Source of the DNA: Daphnia carinata
Lineage: Eukaryota
Length of the DNA stretch: 64,000 bases
Reading direction: 5' to 3'
Assembly: GCF_022539665.2 (NCBI RefSeq)
Contig: NC_081332.1
Coordinates: 3,472,001-3,536,000 of the forward strand
Positions within the stretch are counted from its first letter, which is position 1. Each line of letters begins with the position of its first letter. Positions 55,920 through 64,000 of the stretch are shown here, one piece after another. The position numbers were made by a program, and so were the translations under genes. The notes under the pieces were generated by a model. It ran no database searches and was not told the DNA's origin. It was given only the letters and a program-made list of their open reading frames with translations.

Positions 55920-56470
55920 TCATCTGCCAAAGCCACCTTTACAAGCTGGGCTTTTTTCAGTAACTTTGGAAGAGTCCTGCCACTGTGAGGGTGTTTTTGC
56001 CTAATTGTTTGAAGGGAAGGGAAAAATAAACTATCACACCACCAATTTTAAAAACAAAAATTTACTTACAACAATTGACAAGGCATGGACTCCATTTTTC
56101 AATTCATCCTGCAGTACTTCATTGACTAACCTGTGCCTCTACAAGTAAATGATATTATGACAAATACAAATAATCTATGATATACATTTTTTGTTAGTTT
56201 CTCATGTACCTGTAACAAGGAAGTGCTTTCAAACTTGTCTGAAACAACTACTACTTTGAAGTGGGTTTCACTTCCTTTTGGTACATTATGCATATAAGAT
56301 TCGTTTATGATGTCCAAGTGCACCGGGGAAAACTGTTTCACGAGTTTATCGCGAATCAGCAATTCGATTGAATTACCATTTTTGACTGGGATTGTGGCCA
56401 TGGTTTTTGATCCGGGAAAAAAATATGCTGGATGATACAACCCAAAAACCCGCAAAGAACGAACTAACAT
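55920..56470 (-). CDS. BOLA1: BolA-like protein (BOLA1 type), 3 exons, probable mitochondrial leader
   Basis: INESYMHNVPKGSETHFKVVVVSDKF, RHRLVNEVL, GVHALSI, AKTPSQW, SPACKGG. Start could be 56470 or 56402. Confidence 0.92.
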
Positions 56471-57310
56471 GACAGCTCCCACAAACTGCAAAAGAATTCT
56501 GAGATTTACAACATGCTTCAATGCCAAATTAGCTTAAACAATTCTAAATAGATATATGATAAACTTACGAATTGGATTCGTGTAAACTATGAAGTAGCAG
56601 ACGAATTATTTAGTTCTAGCAGAGGCGCCAAATCGCATTTTGGCCAAGAATTAATGCATGCAGAGCAATCCCATGAGAATTTAGTTCAACTCAGTTACTA
56701 GAAAATAGATAATTATTGTAAGAAATAAAAGGCATTTGCAATCAATAGAACTATTTCTTGCCATATGAAACTTGCTACAGTTACATAAAAGAACTTGCCC
56801 CACTATCTGTCATTCCTCGTTCGACGTTCACTTATCTAGAAAACTATCTTGAAATTCTTGTCGAGAGAGCTAAAATTAACAAATATTTACATTGTGACTT
56901 TACGGGTTACTAGCCAAGACATGGCACCATAGTAAAGCATAAAAAACTTGTTCAGTAATCTCGTGCTCGTTGCTAAAATGTTATTTGGTTTGCTTCTGGC
57001 AAAGCAACATTTCGTATGGCAACAGCAGCGAAGTCATAGAACCCAGTTCTTGACTCTGACTTTTGTTTCAAAATCATGACGATTTTCAAATCAGAGCTTT
57101 GCCACTCGGTAATTTTAGTGAACCAGCATTTTTATCGGAACAAGACGACCCATGGATCCATCGGCGATTAGATAAATCGACCAATGTGTAGACTCCCGAG
57201 TCAAAGTAAAGAGATATCTAGCAAACAAACTCAGAGCTGAAGCTGAGGTTTATTGCCAGACGTCTCTGTCACATCAGTGCTGAAACCCATCAGCATTTTC
57301 AGCCAAGAAG

Positions 57311-60300
57311 ATGAAGTTACCCCATATCGGCATATCTTTGCTACTAGTCTTTGGTTGCTGTTGGATCACGTCCGACGCTGCCCCAAAGTCGCAACGAGCC
57401 TCTTCTTGTGGTTATGCTGTAAACAAAAAATCTTTTTTTTAAATGTTATTATAGTATGTGTATCTGTAAATAGAGTACGCCCTGAATTGAATGCGTCTGA
57501 TTTATTTCGTTTTTTTTTTATTACAGAGTTGTACGCCGAGTAAACCAGGAGTGATCAACGTCCACGTCGTTCCTCGTATGAATAAATTCCGTTAGATTGC
57601 ACGTTTCAAGTATGTCAAATTAATCACGTTGCCAAACATTCTCCACAGATACTCACGATGATGTCGGATGGTTGAAGACGGTTGACCAGTACTACTATGG
57701 CTGTAAGAAAAACGTAAACTTCAAACGAAAATATTTTGAAATTTATTGACGCTTTGCTGTGTTTCTCTTTTTGAAGCAAGAACCGGTTACCAGAGAGCAG
57801 GCGTACAGTACATAATTGATTCAGTGATCAAGGAATTGGTGAAAGACCCAAAAAGAAGGTTGAAAAATCAAATTTCTTTTCTTATAATTGGATATTATAC
57901 TAATTGACTACTGGACCGTGACCGTATTTGGTCATTTAGATTCATCTATGTGGAAATGGCCTTTTTTTCGCAATGGTAGGCTATTATTTCTCCTTTTAAC
58001 CGTTAAAAGGGATCTAATTAAACCAGCTATTGAAAAAAAAAAAAAAAGGTGGCAGGAGCAGACAGAAGAGAAAAAGGCTGTCGTCAAGCAATTAGTTGAA
58101 GAAGGCCGTCTAGAATTTATAAATGGCGGCTGGTGCATGAACGACGAAGCAGCGACGCACTATCAAGATATTATCGACCAAATGACTTGGGGAATGAGGT
58201 ACACATGAAATTTGACGTGCTACTCTGAAGGGTTGAAGACTGAACAAACGATTACGCACATTTACAGGTTCCTAAACGACACTTTTGGGGAGTGTGGCCG
58301 ACCCAGAATCGCCTGGCAAATTGATCCTTTCGGCCACTCCAGGGAGCAAGCATCCATTTTTGCTTCGATGGTAATTGAAATGCGATCCCGTCCAAAGAGG
58401 CTTTGATTAGTTTCTGTTTCATCGTGTTGCTCTATAACGGTCTAGGGTTACGATGGCGTTTTCTACGGCAGGATCGACCATGTTGATAGGACTCACCGGA
58501 AAGCTAGTAAGGAAATGGAGATGATCTGGCAAACTAGCAACAGCCCTGGTAATTAAACAAGGATTCTCGTGTCCCCCTCTCTTCGTATAGCATTTTAAAT
58601 CGTTTGGCAAATTGATAACAGGTGAACACAGTTCCATTTTCACTGGCATCTTCTACGACCATTACTCGGCTCCCAATGGCTTTTGCTTTGATGTCGTCTG
58701 CAAAGACGAGCCGTTTATAGACAACCCAAAATCTGCCGATTACAACGTCGTTAGAAAGGTAGCCAAGTGAAATTGAGGCAAAAGGATTAAGTTACTAATT
58801 GTAATTAAAACAAGGTGAACGATTTGGTGGCTCACATCAAAGCCAAGGCTCTCAGCTATGCCACAAGTAATATCATGCTGACAATGGGTGACGACTTCAA
58901 CTACATGTCAGGTAAATTGTCCTCTTATTACCACCAAACAATGTTACAATGCTAGTCTTGCAGAAGAATTTAACAAGCAGGTTTTCTTTTTCTTTTTCAA
59001 AAGCTGATATGAACTTTAAGAATATGGATAAAATGATACGGTACACTAACGAGCTGGGCTCCGGGGTCAACCTGTTTTACTCGACACCCAGCTGTTACGT
59101 CAAGGCTATCAACGACGAGGCCGGAAGCAGGCCATGGCCGACCAAGACTGATGATTTTTTCCCCTACTCCAATGATAATCACGCTTACTGGACGGGTTAC
59201 TTCACTTCTCGTCCAGCCTACAAAGGCACCGTGCGCAAAGCCAACACGTTCCTCCAGGTATAACGTTCCACCAGGTGTGTGAAAAAACAAAACAAAATAC
59301 ATAAAAAAAAACAAAAAAAAACAAATTCGTCTAGAGTTGCAAACAACTGCACTCCCTGGCTGGTGCCGATTCGTCCGCCGATGGCCAACACTTGATTGAT
59401 AGTCTAAGACGCAGCATGGGAGAGGCCCAACATCACGGTACATATTATCGTCTATTCTCTTTTTACACCATATGGGTTATTAACGGAGATTATTCTTTTG
59501 TTAAAGATGCTGTGGCTGGCACTGAAAAAGAACACGTTTCACAAGGTATTTAAAAATGAACTAGCGAATTATCGAGCGTTACATTGATGGCAATTCTTTA
59601 ACGTGCAGATTACAGACTAAGATTGCACGATAGTGTTGTCGATTGCCAGCAGGATGTGAGCAATTCTTTCAGGTGAAATTGATCATTGTTTCTTTTTAAT
59701 ATTTCCATTACTCAATTATGAAAACCAAAAATGATACGACAGTAAAATGCTACCGATTGGCACTCAACCATTGCCACAACAAGAATTTTGCCTCCATTTG
59801 AATGTGAGCCAATGTGCCATTACTGAATCTTCGTCTCGTTTTACCGTAACGGCCTATAATCCTCGCTCACACGAAGTGACGACGTATGTTCGCTTACCGG
59901 TTACAAATGGATTCTACACGGTTCTCGATCCCGACGGTAAGTACGCACGCAATAAACACATAAAAATGAATTAAAAAAAAAAAAATGGTCTCGCCATAAT
60001 GACGCCATTGTTTTGATGGATTGCAAACAGGTAGTGAGCTGATTATCCAGCTAGTGCCGCTGGTCGCCCTCCAATCAATCGACGCTGAAAGACCCAAATC
60101 GACAGCCACGCACGAACTCCTCTTCCAGGCGGCCAAGATTCCTCCACTTGGCCACAAAACATTCTACGTCCTCAAAACAAGTGCTGGGCGCGACCAGCAT
60201 TCCGCCATCCGCGAAAAGCAGCAGTCAACAACTGTTCGAACGGCGAAAACCGGTGAAAAAATCGCCGTCAGCAATGGGGTAATCTAAAACAACAATCATT

Positions 60301-60629
60301 CATCACAGATATGCCTCGAATCGAGTGGAACCCTGTACTTTTTTGTTTTTCCTTATGTTTTTCTTGGGGTGCAATTTTGAACGTTAAGAAACTGTCGGTC
60401 AATTTCGATGGCAACGGCCTCATCGAGAGCATCGTCGTTGATGGCGAAACGGTGACGATGAGCCAAAATCTGATGTGGTACGCTGCGATGAATGAAGGAA
60501 ACTCCAACAGTATCTTTGACGATCGCCCGTCGGGTGCGTACGTCTTCCGTCCAAATGGCACTGACGCCACACCCATCGCTATGCAAGCTACTCTTATCGT
60601 TCAAACAGGTTAGTACCCAGACAGTCAAC

Positions 60630-60668
<39 letters not shown>

Positions 60669-62370
60669 AGACGGGCACAAAAGCGAGAAAAAAAAAGCAC
60701 GCGCATGTATCCTTTGAATCGATAAAATGGCCGGCCCTTTTTTTTTTTTTTTTTTATAAAAAAGAAAGTAACAAGAACAAAAAAAATAAAAAACTGGCTA
60801 CGAATTTATCTAGGTGCTTTGGTAAGCGAGGTTTATCAACAATTCAGCGACTGGGCCAGCCAAGTGGTGCGCGTCTACAAGGGTCAGAGTGATGTGGAGA
60901 TTGAGTGGACGGTGGGACCTATCCCCGTCGGGTACGATCGTAACTTTGCCGGCATGATGAAAGAATTCTATTTCGAAAATCAGGGACGGAGTTGGAAAGG
61001 AGATTGTGAGTCGAGTGATGACACAAATACCTACTGGAGGTCGTTTCTATACCGACTCTAACGGCCGTCAGACATTGCTGCGCCGGCGAGATTTCCGTCC
61101 TACTTGGACAATGGTCGACGTGACAGAACCTGTCGCCGGAAACTACTACCCCATCAATTCACACATTTACGTAACGGACGACGAAGGAAATGCCAATACG
61201 GTCGTAGCCCTTGTCAATGACCGATCGCAAGGTGGGACAAGTCTTCAAGACGGCCAAATTGAATTGATGGTGGGACATTAACATTTTTACGTAATATTAA
61301 AACAAAAATATGCTAATTTCTTTTTTAAATTATGCAGGTTCATCGTCGACTCTTGTACGATGGTAAGTCAAATAAAAAACTTGTGAATTAAAAAAAAAAA
61401 AATGAACCTTTTTTCTGTGACCGAAAAAAAAAAAGATCATTTTGGAGTGGGCGAGCCACTTAACGAACCGGGCGATGGGCCAGGTCTTGTTGTCAGGGGT
61501 ACGTATTCAGCCAATGGTTTAATGATCATTTGCGTTAGCCATCAGTAGTCTTACCTGTAATTTATAATGACGGTGCTAATAGGTACGCATTATTTATTGG
61601 TCAACCCGTCTCTGGCTGGAATGCATCCCATTTCATTGGTCCGTCCGTTGGCCCAGCAAACGTTCATGCGACCGTGGCTCTCTTTTAGCGACACCAGCTT
61701 GTCGTTCACCGATTGGAAAAACAATTTCCACATGCAGGTTATACATACATAATAAATAAGTAAAAAAAAAAAAGAAAAAGAAAAGCTAAACAAAGCAAAA
61801 CAAATGCCAACCTTGTTTTTCCCCGCACCAAGCGGCGATGTTAATAAGCTTTTGAAAATGTTTGATGTTGTCAACAGAAATCTGGATTGAGGGCACCGTT
61901 ACCGGACAACGTGCACATGCTAACGCTCGAGCCGTGGCGTGATGGCACTCATCTCTTGCGCTTAGAACACATCTACGATATCGGTGAACACTCGACTCTG
62001 TCCGAGCCCGTTACGCTCATCTTGGACGTGAGTTTTAGCGTGTGTTTGCTATCTCCATGTCGACTAGTTTACAAAAAAAAAAAAAAAAAAAAGAAGAAAA
62101 AACCGGTCAATAACGGCACATTTTTTTTGTTTTGGGGATACGTACTTTCAGGATTTATTAGTCGATTACACGATCACCTCGGCCGTGGAAACAACCTTGG
62201 GAGCTAATCAGTGGGCATCGGAGGTGTCTCGTTTACCTTGGACCACGGCGGATGACCATCAGCAGCCCTTGAAGGTGTCCACCAAATTTCAGCCGGTTGG
62301 CAAAACATCTGTGACTCTGTTACCAATGGAAATTAGAACGTTCATCATTCAGATGACCCCAAATTACTAG
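57311..62370 (+). CDS. MAN2B1: Lysosomal alpha-mannosidase (GH38), many short exons
   Basis: Signal peptide [124 protein letters not shown]. Confidence 0.97.
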
Positions 62371-64000
62371 TTGTTTTTTTTTTTCCCTTTTTTTTTTTTA
62401 AATTCCCGAACTGGCGTTCGACCCCAATAGATGGCCACACTTGTATACCAAGTGAAATGTGGTCAACCTTGTTTCGATTTCTTCGTTGTAGATTTTGAAA
62501 CAAAGTAGAATAAAAACAGTATACACAAAGCTTTTTTCATTTTTTCATTTATGGAAAAAAAGTTGTATTGTTCCATATCACGTGCCAACAAAAACCATGC
62601 ACTTTTTTAGTCGAAGGAATTGGCAGTTAGGTTTGGTTGGTCAAATTTTGGTGTACACAAACCCAAATAAAAACGCAAAAAGGAAAGAAATTTTTCATGT
62701 TCTCCTCACTAAACAAAAAAATCGTCTCTTTTTGTCGAATCTGCTGGATTGATTTAATTTTTGCTTGTTGATTCGTCTCTTGGTGTGTGTGTGTCTGTGT
62801 GTAACTCGGGTTACAGAAAATCCCCACGATAATGTCAATTTCTTTGTTTGAGATGTCCAATTTTTTTTTTTTTTTTTGTTTTGTTTTCGGTTGCGCAGCG
62901 GACATGAGCGTGTCTTTCACGAACGAAACACAACAACATTTGAGGGGCGAAGAGTGAATCGTATTTTTTTCAATTTATATTCGTAACATGTTCAAATTTC
63001 AGAATTAACAGCCGCCGAAACAAATGTTTAAAAAAGAACGAATCGATAGGATATAATAACTGTGTCCGAATAGAAAAAAAAAAAAGAATACATTTTGACC
63101 GGGAGGAGGAGGAGGGGGAAATTTGTTTGCCAGAAAACATTCAAAAATCAAATTTTAGGGAGGGAGGGAGGGAGGAAGGTGGGCAAAGTCAGATATGATT
63201 TTTAAAAATTGAATTGTTTTCATCACGTAAGAGTTGAGAAACATAGAGAGTTTTTTTTGGGGGGGGGGGCGGCAGGAGGAGGAGGAAAGGAGGGTGAGGA
63301 CATGATCTTCTCGGGCCGGTTTTGACTGAATTCTAACGAGACAGAGAGAGAGAGAGAGAGAGTTGCGATTGTTTTTTAAAAAAAAAAACAGCTTTTCTTG
63401 CAAGTGAGATGATGTTATTTCAACAAAAAAATAAATGTGGCAAGTTTATTCGGTTGGTGGGAGAGGATCTTCGAAAAAAAATGTTTTTCACTTAACTTAA
63501 AAATAAAAAATGAACTGAAAAAAAAAAAAAAAAAGAAAAATCATTTTACTAGTGGCGACAGCGATTCCGAAAAGGGAAAAAAAAATAAATTTTGGACGAT
63601 AACAGGCCAAATATTCAAGAATTTCTTTAAAAAAAAAAAAAAAAAAAATTATTTCAAGATTCTTTCAATGCCAAACAAGAATCCAGAATAAAGGTTTTTA
63701 GCACGCCGGTCTTTTTTCTTTTTTTTTTTAATACCAAAATGAAAAAAAGAAAAAAAAAACAGACCGGACGTTATACAAGACAACAGAAGTTGAATAGTTT
63801 TCAATCAACAATTTTTTCTTGAAGTTTTTTTCTTTTCTTCGTCATTCAGAATAACGACAAAATTCTTTCGGGTAGCCGGGAGCACCTCATTCGATAGGCT
63901 TAGCCCTTCGTGAGTGTGGCATCCTCGTTAACACATTTTTTTTTTTTTTTCGATCGTGAATTTAAAAAAAAAAAAAACGACGTATGAAAGAGAACACGAA

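Overview
Eukaryotic, AT-rich genomic DNA with very short (~55-80 nt) GT-AG introns and many homopolymer runs. It is most likely an arthropod, plausibly a Daphnia-like crustacean (inference, not proven). Recognisable multi-exon genes, left to right: a secreted Kunitz plus Pro/Val-repeat protein (-), a TBC1D12/14-like RabGAP (+), V-ATPase subunit B (+), Egr/stripe zinc-finger factor (-) with a dense CRE/CArG/MEF2 regulatory region, KANSL3/Rcd1 (-), a decayed obstructor-like chitin-binding gene (+), a two-dsRBD protein (-), BolA1-like (-) and lysosomal alpha-mannosidase (+). The most unusual feature is a ~13 kb imperfect palindrome (arms ~14618-20625 and ~21308-27742, spacer ~0.7 kb) with no convincing protein ORF. 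Each arm carries (i) a tandem array of ~13 homologous exon-like units, mostly 73-86 nt, whose splice sites are mostly retained while the reading frame is not, and (ii) five tRNA-like units, four spaced ~180-190 bp apart and pointing at the centre. The spacer holds a GC-rich, self-complementary tRNA-headed element. All alignments, folds and exon boundaries were read by eye, so coordinates may be off by a few bases.
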